The position numbers were made by a program, and so were the translations under genes. 50,389 nt of DNA from an uncultured Mycoplasmatota bacterium. GTDB taxonomy: Bacteria; Bacillota_I; Bacilli_A; RF39; UBA660. Each line of letters starts with the position of its first letter. The first letter of the stretch is position 1. The notes beneath the pieces are model-generated. The model was given only the letters and a program-made list of their open reading frames with translations, did no database searches and was not told the DNA's origin. The stretch lies in the NCBI GenBank assembly GCA_947574255.1, contig CANPJT010000004.1:1-50389 (forward strand). Reading direction: 5' to 3'. Of the stretch, positions 38,079 through 48,081 are shown piece by piece.

Positions 38079-39902
38079 TTAAAATAAGTTTTCAATCATT
38101 TTAATATACTCATTTATTATATTACTTGTTCTATTTGAATATATTATTTTTTTAGCTAAAGATACGTCATCTGTTACAACATTGTCAACTTGCATATCAA
38201 GCATTTCTTTAATACCTTCTTCAGTATTAATTGTCCACGCATAAATTTGCTTTCCTTCTTTATGGATTTGTTTTACTAACGAAGAAGTAATACTACTAGC
38301 TTCAATACTAAATTGATCTGCTGCAGTAAAAGAGTCAATATCTCCATAAAGAAGACTTATAACATAAACAGTTTTCATATTTTTATCATATTTTTTTATG
38401 TTTTCTAAAACTTCATATGTTTGTGAAGCAAGTACACAATCATTTATATAATCATATTTGTTAATTAATTGAATTACAGATTTTTCCAAATCTTTTTCAT
38501 GTCCTGTGGGTTTTAATTCAATATTTAATTTCATATTATTATCTTTTGCCCATTTTATAACATCTTCTAACAAAGGAATTCTTTCTGTTGTAAAAGCTTT
38601 ATTTATATAAGTTCCTACCTCAATATCTTTGATTTCATCATAAGTTACTTTCCATACTTTTTTATCAATTCCTGTTATCCTTTTTAAACTCTTATCATGC
38701 ATAACAATTATTTTATCGTCTTTTGTTTTTCGAACATCTAATTCTATCCAATCTGCTCCCTCATTTTTTGCTGCAACAAATGCTGTCATTGTATTTTCTG
38801 GATAGTTTATTGAAGAGCCACGATGGGCTGTAACTTCCATTGCTCGTATATATTCTATATTTAAATTATATTTCCCTTTATAAATCCCATAAGTAAATAT
38901 AGAACCGCCGATAATAGCTATTCCAATAAATAAAGCAATCACTATTTTTAATTTAGAATTAATTTCACTTTTATTTTGAATCTTAATATGTTTTATTTTT
39001 TCACCCTTAGTTATTTTATGAAAATAATACATAACACTTATTCCAGCATAACTAATTGGTACTGTTAAAAAAGCCAAAACTAAAAATGATATGGCAATAA
39101 ATACCCAGATTATAGTTGTTGCTACACTTTTTAAAATTATAATATTAACAAACATTTTATTTAAACCTATAATTATTAAAATTCCTATTACAATAAATAC
39201 TATATATAAAATGAACAGAGCGAATTGAATGAAAAATAAACTAATTACATCTTTTAAATGTTTTTTGGAACTTAAGGAATTACTTTTTTTTCTTGCTTCT
39301 TTAAAATTAATATCTTCCAAAACAAAATAATGAAGAGCATATAACCATTTTAGCAATAAAATAATTAAAAATAATAAAGTAATAATAAATAATATTAATA
39401 GATTTTGGTTTTGTAAAATAAATTCTAGGATAAATTCAGGTATTTGAATTGAGGTAATAAAGCTAGGAGCTAATCCAAAATTTAAAAAAGGAATTAAAAA
39501 TAATACCAAAAAAGATACCATAATGTTTTTTATTTTAAAAACTTTTTTACATTTATTTAAAGACATATAAATTGCTTTATAAACTTTTATTTTTTTGTTT
39601 TGATATGATGCATCTAATATAATTATAATTGTCGTAATATCAAACATTGTATAAAATGTCATAAATATAATTAAAATGATTAACAATAAAATAGTAAAAG
39701 GATTCATTAAAAATGGAATAATATTTTCCAAAGTTAAATAATGATACTTTGTAATTTTCATTATTAAATCAAAAAGATGAAAAAAAAGTGGCGTAAATAT
39801 CATTAAACTTAAAAATTTAAATATAATTTCAAATGCAATTAAAGAACCCAGATTATTTTTTAGTAAACTAAGAACTTTCAAAATTTTTTTCATCATAATC
39901 AT
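38079..39902 (-). CDS. Membrane-anchored glycerophosphodiester phosphodiesterase
   Basis: Multi-TM N-terminal domain; AHRG, PENT, IELDV, MHD, NIELK, WTIN. Confidence 0.92.
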   Translation of the reverse strand: MIMMKKILKVLSLLKNNLGSLIAFEIIFKFLSLMIFTPLFFHLFDLIMKITKYHYLTLENIIPFLMNPFTILLLIILIIFMTFYTMFDITTIIIILDASYQNKKIKVYKAIYMSLNKCKKVFKIKNIMVSFLVLFLIPFLNFGLAPSFITSIQIPEFILEFILQNQNLLILFIITLLFLIILLLKWLYALHYFVLEDINFKEARKKSNSLSSKKHLKDVISLFFIQFALFILYIVFIVIGILIIIGLNKMFVNIIILKSVATTIIWVFIAISFLVLAFLTVPISYAGISVMYYFHKITKGEKIKHIKIQNKSEINSKLKIVIALFIGIAIIGGSIFTYGIYKGKYNLNIEYIRAMEVTAHRGSSINYPENTMTAFVAAKNEGADWIELDVRKTKDDKIIVMHDKSLKRITGIDKKVWKVTYDEIKDIEVGTYINKAFTTERIPLLEDVIKWAKDNNMKLNIELKPTGHEKDLEKSVIQLINKYDYINDCVLASQTYEVLENIKKYDKNMKTVYVISLLYGDIDSFTAADQFSIEASSITSSLVKQIHKEGKQIYAWTINTEEGIKEMLDMQVDNVVTDDVSLAKKIIYSNRTSNIINEYIKMIENLF

Positions 39903-39987
39903 CTCTTTTTATAAAACTTATTTTTTATTATAACATTTAAAAACAAGTTTTATAAAAAACTTGTCAAAATACCTATATTTTTAACTA

Positions 39988-41490
39988 TTATTTTTCTTTA
40001 ACTAAACCATTAATTGTTAAAATATATAAATCATTAATTACCTCATCAATAAATTTTCGATCATGCGAAACACTTATAATTGTTCCTTTATATTCCTTTA
40101 ATACTTTTCTGATAACTGGATTTGATAAAGGACTTACATTTCTTGTCGGTTCATCAAGTATTAAAACATCACACTCATCTAATACCAATTTAACAAGAAA
40201 TAGTTTTGCTTTTGTTCCGTTGCTTAAGTTTTTAATATAACTCATCATTTCTTTTTTGGTAAATTTCATATTTCCTAAATACATTCTAGCTTTGGTTAGT
40301 TTATCTTTTCCACAACTTGAAGTTAAAAAATCTAGTACTAATTGATAATTATCTAAAATATCACTATAATTTTGGGGCATATAGCCAACTTTTATATCTG
40401 TTCTATTTTTTAATTTTTCATAAATGGTTTTTATTAATGTTGTTTTCCCAACTCCATTTTGTCCGATAATACATAAATGCGTATTTCCCCTAATATTTAG
40501 TTTTACATTTTTGGCTAATATTTTATTATTTACTTCCAATTTAGATATGTCTAAATTTAATATATTTTTTGATTTAGGAATTTCAACTCTCTCAAAAAAG
40601 AAATTTATGCTTTCTTCTACATCAGGTATTTTCATAATCTCGGCACCATTTAATTTCTTTTCCTGTGATTTTAAAGCATGCATTTTCTTTTTTAATAGTT
40701 TAGCCCCATGAGGATCACTTCTTGAAATGGTATTTTGTTCATACTCAACTTTTTGCATTATTTTTCTCAATTTTTCTTGCTTTCTATTAAAATCTCTTTT
40801 TTCAGATTTAGCAATTTGAGTTTGATGATTAATTTTTCTTAATCTAAAATTTACATAAGAATCATAATCACTTCTTATTAATGTATGTCTACATTCTGTT
40901 TTTTTCTTTATTTGTTCTAGATGTAAAATAATATTTGCTGTATTAGATAATAGTGTTTCATCATGAGAAACATATACAATGGGTTTATTTATATTATTTA
41001 TAAAATTTTCCAACCATTCTAAAGTTTCAATATCTAAATCGTTAGTAGGTTCATCTAAAAATAGAATATCATATTCATTAATTAAAAGTTTTAAAATACT
41101 AACTTTTACTTTTTCTCCTCCAGATAAGGTGTTAATTGTTTGATTTAATATTTCATCATCTAAATTAATAGAATCTAAATGTTTATATAAAGTATTTACT
41201 TTTTCATAATAATCAATTTCATCCTTGAATAGAAAATTATACACTTTTTTATTTAAATCTTTTTCATTTACAGATTGTTCTAAATAACCAATTTTATTTC
41301 CTTTTATATTTACACTACCTGTTATTTCAGCATATTCACATATACCTTTAATAGCTTTTAATAAAGTGGATTTCCCATTTCCCTCCTCACCAATAATAGC
41401 AAGTTTATCACCTTTTTGTAAGCTAAAAGACAGATTTTTAACTAAATATCTTTCATTTACCAAGATACTTAAATCTTTTATTTCAAACAT
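39988..41490 (-). CDS. ABC-F family ATPase (ribosome-associated)
   Basis: Two NBDs (GEEGNGKST/LSGGE/DEPTN; GQNGVGKTT/LSNGT/DEPTRN), helical linker, no TM domain. Confidence 0.9.
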   Translation of the reverse strand: MFEIKDLSILVNERYLVKNLSFSLQKGDKLAIIGEEGNGKSTLLKAIKGICEYAEITGSVNIKGNKIGYLEQSVNEKDLNKKVYNFLFKDEIDYYEKVNTLYKHLDSINLDDEILNQTINTLSGGEKVKVSILKLLINEYDILFLDEPTNDLDIETLEWLENFINNINKPIVYVSHDETLLSNTANIILHLEQIKKKTECRHTLIRSDYDSYVNFRLRKINHQTQIAKSEKRDFNRKQEKLRKIMQKVEYEQNTISRSDPHGAKLLKKKMHALKSQEKKLNGAEIMKIPDVEESINFFFERVEIPKSKNILNLDISKLEVNNKILAKNVKLNIRGNTHLCIIGQNGVGKTTLIKTIYEKLKNRTDIKVGYMPQNYSDILDNYQLVLDFLTSSCGKDKLTKARMYLGNMKFTKKEMMSYIKNLSNGTKAKLFLVKLVLDECDVLILDEPTRNVSPLSNPVIRKVLKEYKGTIISVSHDRKFIDEVINDLYILTINGLVKEK

Positions 41491-41533
41491 ATTATGCCTC
41501 CTATTTTGGGCATAATCAAAGTTTATGCCAAAC

Positions 41534-41554
41534 TTATTTAACTAATATTCTCAT
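41534..41554 (-). CDS. Leader peptide MRILVK of ABC-F attenuator
   Basis: Strong RBS GGAGAGGTGA at 41561-41570, 6-codon ORF, followed by alternative hairpins covering the ABC-F SD. Confidence 0.7.
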   Translation of the reverse strand: MRILVK

Positions 41555-41581
41555 TTTTGATCACCTCTCCATATTGCATTT

Positions 41582-41884
41582 TTACTTATTTTTTCTAGAT
41601 AAACTCTCGCATGTATCAATTATAATATCTTTTAATAATTCTTTATTATCAATATCAGAAATAAAATACATCGGCTTTGCATTTTTATAAGGAATAACCT
41701 CTTGCATTTGATATTTTTTATTACTTTCTACTATTTTCACAAGTAATTTATTGTCGTATATACCACCAAATAGTATTTTATCCCAATATAATAAGTACTC
41801 TCCCATCATCGGTCTACATGTAATATCATCGAGTAAATCTAATTGTTCTAATAAAAATTCTTTATAATCTTTTGTTGTTGCCAT
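41582..41884 (-). CDS. TfoX N-terminal domain protein
   Basis: MATTKDY..RPMMGEYLLY..FGGIYDN.LLVK..PY.NAKPM. Confidence 0.8.
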   Translation of the reverse strand: MATTKDYKEFLLEQLDLLDDITCRPMMGEYLLYWDKILFGGIYDNKLLVKIVESNKKYQMQEVIPYKNAKPMYFISDIDNKELLKDIIIDTCESLSRKNK

Positions 41885-41979
41885 AAATAACTACCTTTCA
41901 TTAAATATTATTTTATCATAAAATTTTATCTTTCTATAAAAAATTTATTTTTATTAATTTGATATTTTCTTAAATTAAT

Positions 41980-42708
41980 TTAAGAAAATATCAAATTAAT
42001 AAAAATAATTGATACCATTAACGAAAAAGAAAAGAAACAATATTTGATTCCCATATTCAAATTAAAATCTTGATAAAAAAATTCCCTAACTTTATCTATA
42101 AAATTAAATCGTGTTATTAAAATTACAAAAAACATCGCCCCAAAAAAGTTTAATATTATATCATCAACATCAAATATACCAGTATTAGTATAGAGTTGGA
42201 AAAATTCAATACTAGTAATAATTGGTAATAATATTTTTGTTTGATTTATTAACTTATTATATTTTTTGTTTTTTATCATTAGTAAAAAAGACAAAGGTAC
42301 CAATAAAATAGCGTTGCCTAACAAATTATATAATTTTACTTTTAAAGTTGCTCTATTAAAAAGATATTTTGTAATACTGTTAAATGGGATTAAATAATCA
42401 GTATTAATATAAATTAAATTTTCATAACTAAAATCAATATTTGGTCTTCCAATAAATAATGTAATACTTATTAATAAAATAAAATATAAAAAGATATAAA
42501 GATTAATATTATTCTTATAAGTTTCTTTTTTATTATCAATTAATCCAAAACTAAATAATAACAAACATAATGGTGTTATTATTAATATTATTTTTAAATA
42601 AGTCATATCGAAGACAAATCTTCCTCTTGGGATAAGCATAATATATATATAAATTATAAGAGTTAAAAAAACTATAAAATTTTTTATTAATTTTAACATT
42701 TTATTCAT
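41980..42708 (-). CDS. VanZ family membrane protein
   Basis: LIPFNSI, NLLGNAILLVPL, IEFFQ, GIFDVDDIILNFFG. Confidence 0.88.
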   Translation of the reverse strand: MNKMLKLIKNFIVFLTLIIYIYIMLIPRGRFVFDMTYLKIILIITPLCLLLFSFGLIDNKKETYKNNINLYIFLYFILLISITLFIGRPNIDFSYENLIYINTDYLIPFNSITKYLFNRATLKVKLYNLLGNAILLVPLSFLLMIKNKKYNKLINQTKILLPIITSIEFFQLYTNTGIFDVDDIILNFFGAMFFVILITRFNFIDKVREFFYQDFNLNMGIKYCFFSFSLMVSIIFINLIFS

Positions 42709-42786
42709 CCACCACTTTTAATTATTATAACAAATTTTTTAAAGGTATTTTTACTATTTTTTTAGTATAATAAAAATGGTGTTATT

Positions 42787-43137
42787 ATGAAATTATTAAA
42801 TACTTATACATTAGAGATTAAAAAATCTAAATTTTTAGCTTTTTATTATGAAGTTAATTCTAAAGAAGACGTAGATTTTGTTTTAGAAAATTTAAAAAAA
42901 GAACACAAAAAAGCCCGCCATATTCCCTATTCTTACAAAATTGGCAGTCTGGTTCGAAAAAGTGATGACAAAGAACCAAGTGGAACTGCAGGTTTACCAA
43001 TTTATAATTTAATAGAGCTAAATAATTTGGATAACTGTTTGATTGCTATAGTTCGTTATTTTGGTGGTATTAAACTTGGAAGTGGTGGTTTATTACGAGC
43101 TTATGCTAATTGCACTAAAGAAGTCATAAAAAGATAA
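42787..43137 (+). CDS. YigZ/IMPACT family protein (N-terminal domain only)
   Basis: EIKKSKF, ARH, SDDKEPSGTAG, VRYFGGIKLGSGGLLRAY. Confidence 0.9.
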   Translation: MKLLNTYTLEIKKSKFLAFYYEVNSKEDVDFVLENLKKEHKKARHIPYSYKIGSLVRKSDDKEPSGTAGLPIYNLIELNNLDNCLIAIVRYFGGIKLGSGGLLRAYANCTKEVIKR

Positions 43138-43152
43138 CCAAAAAAGCTATCT

Positions 43153-44019
43153 TTAATATGTATTTAGCAAATTAGAGTAATTATTACTTTCAATTATTAT
43201 TTCATTATCCTTTTTACCAAAGAAAAGTACACTCCAAACTATAAACAAAACTATTATAGCAATAATACGTTTAACAAGCTTTGATTTATCTGTTTTTTCA
43301 CCTGAATATTCTGTTAATTTTCCATAATTTATCATCAATATAAAAACAATTACGTAAATACATATTCCTATTATTACAGCAATTGGATGAATTTCTATTC
43401 CATCAACATTTATAATTATCTTACTAAAAGTTATAATTGTGTTATATAATGTATGTAATACTATAGGAATAAATAAAATTGATAATTTTAATATCCTGCT
43501 CTCTTTAATATCATTATCATTATCATTATTTTTATTATATAAACAAATCATTAACAAAGCCATAATTAATTGACAAGCTAGATGAACTGGTAAAAATGCT
43601 CGATGAATTCCTATTAAATTTGATGAAAAAGAAAGCATATAGATTGAGTTTTCTAAAGCCATAAACATAGCAGATATAAATATACAATTAAAAATAATTT
43701 CATATTTATTTTTAGGATTAGATTTTTTAATAAAAAACCATTTCAAAACCTCTTCAGGTAATGCTGCTACAAAAAAACTTTGTAATAATTTTAAGAATAC
43801 TAAACTAATATTAGGAATACTTAAAATAATAAATGCTGTTATATATTCAAAAATAGTTTTTAATAATTCGCCCAAAATTATTAATATATATATCATAAAA
43901 AAAGAATATAATATAAGTTTTAACAAATTATTAATATCTTTTTTGATTTTATTTGTAGCAATTCCAAAAATTGCTATAATCATTACAGGAATAAAAGAAA
44001 TCACAATTTTTAACAACAT
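43153..44019 (-). CDS. PrsW family intramembrane metalloprotease
   Basis: AALPEEVLK, FMALENSIY, PVH, LHTLYN. Confidence 0.8.
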   Translation of the reverse strand: MLLKIVISFIPVMIIAIFGIATNKIKKDINNLLKLILYSFFMIYILIILGELLKTIFEYITAFIILSIPNISLVFLKLLQSFFVAALPEEVLKWFFIKKSNPKNKYEIIFNCIFISAMFMALENSIYMLSFSSNLIGIHRAFLPVHLACQLIMALLMICLYNKNNDNDNDIKESRILKLSILFIPIVLHTLYNTIITFSKIIINVDGIEIHPIAVIIGICIYVIVFILMINYGKLTEYSGEKTDKSKLVKRIIAIIVLFIVWSVLFFGKKDNEIIIESNNYSNLLNTY

Positions 44020-44052
44020 ATTTTCACTACTTCCAATACTACTTCTTTCTTC

Positions 44053-44346
44053 TTAAATACTATTTAAAATATTTTTTATTTCATCTTCGGATTGAAATCC
44101 AACTACTTTCTTAACTTCTTTTCCATCTTTAAAGAAAATAAGTGTTGGAATACTCATAATTCCATATTTAACTGCTAATTCTTGATGAACATCTGTATTA
44201 ATTTTAATAATATTCACATCATTCATTTTTTCTAAAACCGAACCCATCATTTTACAAGGCCCACACCAATCGGCATAAAAGTCAACTACAAAAATACCTT
44301 TTTGCACTAAATCTTCTAAATTTTCTTTTTCTAAATATTTAATCAT
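44053..44346 (-). CDS. trxA: Thioredoxin
   Basis: DFYADWCGPCK, MSIPTL. Confidence 0.95.
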   Translation of the reverse strand: MIKYLEKENLEDLVQKGIFVVDFYADWCGPCKMMGSVLEKMNDVNIIKINTDVHQELAVKYGIMSIPTLIFFKDGKEVKKVVGFQSEDEIKNILNSI

Positions 44347-45046
44347 TTTTATCTTTTCCTTTCGTATAATCATCAATAATATTTTCTATATTTTTAATAT
44401 TAAACTTCTTTCTTTTATTTAATTTTTCCATATTTTTTTCACTTACAATATTATATTTCAATAAAGCCTTAACAGCTTCTTCATTTTTTTGTTCACTAGA
44501 TATATTCTTATTTTTTATATCTACAAAGTCTTTTATCACTTTATAAGAATCCTCTGCAATACTTGAAACTATCGGAGTATTACTTAATATTGTATCTGCT
44601 ACTTTACTCTCAGTAATTAATTCATTACTAATATTTAAACAAGCTAAAATAAATAAAATGGCAAATGTAAAAACATAATATTCTAAAAAGCCAAAAATAG
44701 CCCCTAATATTTTAGACGGAATTGCAAGTACTACTGTAATTTTTAATATTGTCTCTATTATACCAGATATTTTAATAATAACCCGTAACAATATTGATAA
44801 ACACGAAAAAACTATTAAAAAAGCAATAGCTTCATAAAGTAGGATATTAATAGCACTTATTGAAAAACTAAAAAATGGCAGAAATGTATAAAGAAAAACC
44901 GATAAAGGATTCTTTAAATAAAATGATAATACAATTACAATTATTGTTCCAACGCATGAAACAACACTTTTAATAACTCCTTTTTTAAATCCAACTATTA
45001 TCCCACAAAGAAGCATTAAAAATATAACAACATCAATAATATTCAT
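44339..45046 (-). CDS. CvpA/YshB family membrane protein
   Basis: MNIID..GFKKG, KILGAIFG; divergent from rnhC as in Bacillus. Confidence 0.85.
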   Translation of the reverse strand: MNIIDVVIFLMLLCGIIVGFKKGVIKSVVSCVGTIIVIVLSFYLKNPLSVFLYTFLPFFSFSISAINILLYEAIAFLIVFSCLSILLRVIIKISGIIETILKITVVLAIPSKILGAIFGFLEYYVFTFAILFILACLNISNELITESKVADTILSNTPIVSSIAEDSYKVIKDFVDIKNKNISSEQKNEEAVKALLKYNIVSEKNMEKLNKRKKFNIKNIENIIDDYTKGKDKND

Positions 45047-45213
45047 ATGTATTCTCCTATCAATTTATTTTTTATTTTAGTATATCAAAAATTTTGTATT
45101 TTAACAAATCATTATCAATTATATTCTTTTAGCCCTTTTTTGATATCTATTTAAATCGTGTTTATAGACAATAATTATCTATTTTGTTACAATTATTTAG
45201 AGGTGACTTTTTT

Positions 45214-46152
45214 ATGACAATAGTTTTTAAAATAAGTGATAATATTAAAGATAAAATGATTAATTATTATAAAGATTTAAGAAGAGATAAGACTCCTCCA
45301 TATGCTGTATTTCAAGCAATGGAAGCTGATACAATTATTACATTATATGAGAGCGGCAAAGTAATGTTCCAAGGAGTAAGTGCTGATATTGATGCTAATA
45401 TTTGGATTGATTTAGAAAAAAGAATAAATAAACGTGATATTGATATTAATGAAAATAATAAGAAAAAAGAACAATATAAAGAAGAATTAAATTATTTTTA
45501 TAGTTTATCTACTATTGGTTCTGATGAAGTGGGAACAGGAGACTATTTTGGGCCTATCGTTGTTACTGCTACTTTCGTTGAAAAATCTAAAATTGATTTT
45601 ATCAATGATTTAGGTGTTAAAGATTCAAAAAAATTGACTGATGATAAAATATTAAAAATTGCTCCCTTATTAATTAAAGAAATACCTTTTGTAACTTTTA
45701 CTTTAAATAATGCTGATTATAATAATTATCAAGAAAAAGGTTATAATATGAATAAAATTAAAGCTATTTTACATAATAAAGTTTTATATAAATTAATACA
45801 TAAAGAAAATTATTCTTATGATAAAGTAGTTGTTGATCAATTTGTATATCCAAGAAAATATTTTGAGCATATCAATGAAACAACTAAAAAAGTTATGGAT
45901 ATTACTTTCACTACTAAAGCAGAAAGTAAATGTGCAAGTGTAGCAGCAGCAAGTATTATTAGTCGTTATTACTTTTTAAAAAAAATGGATAATTTATCAA
46001 ATGATTTAGAACTAATTATTCCTAAAGGAGCAAATGATGTTGCTGATCAAATTGGAGTGGAAATAGTAAAAAAATATGGAATTGAAAAACTAAGAGAAGT
46101 AGCTAAATTAAATTTTAAAAATACTGATAAAATAAAAGAAGCTTTAAGATAA
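45214..46152 (+). CDS. rnhC: Ribonuclease HIII
   Basis: TBP-like N-domain (YESGKVMFQG), IGSDEVGTGDYFGP, DSKKL, DQF, VAAASIISR. Confidence 0.95.
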   Translation: MTIVFKISDNIKDKMINYYKDLRRDKTPPYAVFQAMEADTIITLYESGKVMFQGVSADIDANIWIDLEKRINKRDIDINENNKKKEQYKEELNYFYSLSTIGSDEVGTGDYFGPIVVTATFVEKSKIDFINDLGVKDSKKLTDDKILKIAPLLIKEIPFVTFTLNNADYNNYQEKGYNMNKIKAILHNKVLYKLIHKENYSYDKVVVDQFVYPRKYFEHINETTKKVMDITFTTKAESKCASVAAASIISRYYFLKKMDNLSNDLELIIPKGANDVADQIGVEIVKKYGIEKLREVAKLNFKNTDKIKEALR

Positions 46153-47433
46153 TACTTTTAAAGCTTCTTTTATTTCGCCGATTAAATAATTCTCTTCTAA
46201 TTTTAATATATTTACTGTATAAAATTCATTTCTGCTTAAAATTTTTAATATTTTTACCTTAATATAATTTGAAGTATAACCAATGCTATAATCATCAAAT
46301 ACCTCTTCAATTAATACTTCTAATTCAGTATTAAGGTGTCTATTATAAAAATCAATTTCTAATTTATTACTTATATCATTTAAAATTCTACTTCTTCTTT
46401 TTTTCTCAATATCATTTACTTGCATTTCCATTCTACTAGAAGCTGTTCCCTCTCTTTTAGAATATGGAAAAACATGAATTTTTGAAAAATTAATATCTTT
46501 ACAGGTTTTAATGGTATCCAAAAATAATTCTTCATTTTCGTAAGGATGACCCACTATTACATCAGTTGTAATGCTTACATCTGGTTTTATTTTTCTAATC
46601 TCTATTATTTTATTTTTAAAGTAAGCTAAATCATACTTACGATTCATTTTTTTTAATATTTTATCACTTCCAGCTTGTAGTGGGATATGAAAATGATTTA
46701 CTACTTTTTTATTTATTTCTATTTCTTTTAACATTTTTTCATTTAATTCTGTGATTTCAATTGAAGATATTCTTATTCTCTTTAAGTCTTCAATTTTACT
46801 TATTTCATGAATCAAATCTGCTAAATCATGGCCATCACTACTTTTATAAGCACCAGTATGAATACCAGTTAAAACTACTTCCTTATGCCCATTTTGAACT
46901 AAAGTTTTAATTTCGTTTATGGCTTTAATAAAATCTTTACTTCGAATATTTTTTCGAACATAAGGAATAATACAATAACTACAAAAATTATTGCAACCAT
47001 CTTGAATTTTAACAAAAGCTCTAGTATGACTATTAAATTTCTCTACCTCCATATCTTCAAATATAAAATCTTTTTCTTCATAAAACTTAATTATTTTTTT
47101 TCTCGTTTCTAAAAATTCTTTTATTTTTTCCTGAATAATACTTTTATCTTTATTACCGATTAAAATATCAATTCCCATTTGCCTATATTCATCCTGATTA
47201 TTTTCACTACTACAGCCACAAACAACTAATATCTTTTCTAATCTTTTAGCTCGTCGCACATACTTTTTAGATTTATTATCAGCCATATTAGTAACAGTAC
47301 AAGTATTTATTATAATTATATCAGCTTCGCTTTCATTAGAATATATAAAACCATTCTTTGATAATTTCTCTTTAATAATTTCACTTTCATAAATATTAAC
47401 TTTACATCCAAGAGTAATAATATTAAATTTCAC
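46144..47433 (-). CDS. mtaB: tRNA t6A37 methylthiotransferase
   Basis: TLGCKVN.YES, NTCTVT, QDGCNNFCSYCIIP, HVFPYSKREGT, TRAM domain. Confidence 0.93.
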   Translation of the reverse strand: MKFNIITLGCKVNIYESEIIKEKLSKNGFIYSNESEADIIIINTCTVTNMADNKSKKYVRRAKRLEKILVVCGCSSENNQDEYRQMGIDILIGNKDKSIIQEKIKEFLETRKKIIKFYEEKDFIFEDMEVEKFNSHTRAFVKIQDGCNNFCSYCIIPYVRKNIRSKDFIKAINEIKTLVQNGHKEVVLTGIHTGAYKSSDGHDLADLIHEISKIEDLKRIRISSIEITELNEKMLKEIEINKKVVNHFHIPLQAGSDKILKKMNRKYDLAYFKNKIIEIRKIKPDVSITTDVIVGHPYENEELFLDTIKTCKDINFSKIHVFPYSKREGTASSRMEMQVNDIEKKRRSRILNDISNKLEIDFYNRHLNTELEVLIEEVFDDYSIGYTSNYIKVKILKILSRNEFYTVNILKLEENYLIGEIKEALKVLS

Positions 47434-47491
47434 TAAAAACCACCTCTTTTAAAACTCTATTATAGCATAAATAAAAACTAAGGCCTATTCC

Positions 47492-47986
47492 TTAGTTTAA
47501 TAGTTCATTTAATTTCTGCAAAGCCTTCAAAAATGCTTCCTCATTAGTGTATCTAAATAATTTACTTTCTTTAGATTTAGTTAAATTTTCATTTTTATAA
47601 GAAGTTATATTATTTAAATCTATTTTTTTTACTAATATTTCATCATCTAAAATTTCTTCTTCGTTATAATTAATATTTCCCATTTTACTTTTAGCTAAAA
47701 GCTCTTCATAACTTATAATTGCTTTCTCTTCTTGGTCTTTTTCATAACTTGTAAAAGTACTTGTTGGAACTGATTCTTGTGTAGTTATAATATTGTTAAC
47801 CACTTCTTTTAAGTCTATGTCTGTCTCTTCATTATTTGAATCAACTATTTCTTCTTCACTAGTTTTAATAATATAAATAAGTGAAACAACTAATATTAAT
47901 AAAACTAAAATAGCTATATAGAGAAGTAAATCAATATAATTCAAATTTGTCATAAACCCTATTATATCATTAAATAGCTGCTTCAT
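47492..47986 (-). CDS. Hypothetical single-TM acidic protein
   Basis: N-terminal TM helix; YEKDQEEKAIISYEEL; NEEAFLKALQ. Confidence 0.7.
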   Translation of the reverse strand: MKQLFNDIIGFMTNLNYIDLLLYIAILVLLILVVSLIYIIKTSEEEIVDSNNEETDIDLKEVVNNIITTQESVPTSTFTSYEKDQEEKAIISYEELLAKSKMGNINYNEEEILDDEILVKKIDLNNITSYKNENLTKSKESKLFRYTNEEAFLKALQKLNELLN

Positions 47987-48040
47987 AAAAAATCAGACTC
48001 CTCGTTTTTATTTTATCACAGCATAAAAACAACATGTATC

Positions 48041-48081
48041 AAAAAGAAAAAAGATTTACACATCTTTTGTAAATCATTCTT
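48041..48081 (-). terminator. Probable terminator of 48074-49345 gene
   Basis: GATTTACA/TGTAAATC stem preceded by an A-rich tract. Confidence 0.55.

Noticed and set aside
41582-41884. TfoX as the competence regulator for the pilus genes
   Set aside because: Stand-alone TfoX-N proteins are widespread without a competence role, and the gene is 22 kb from the pilus genes
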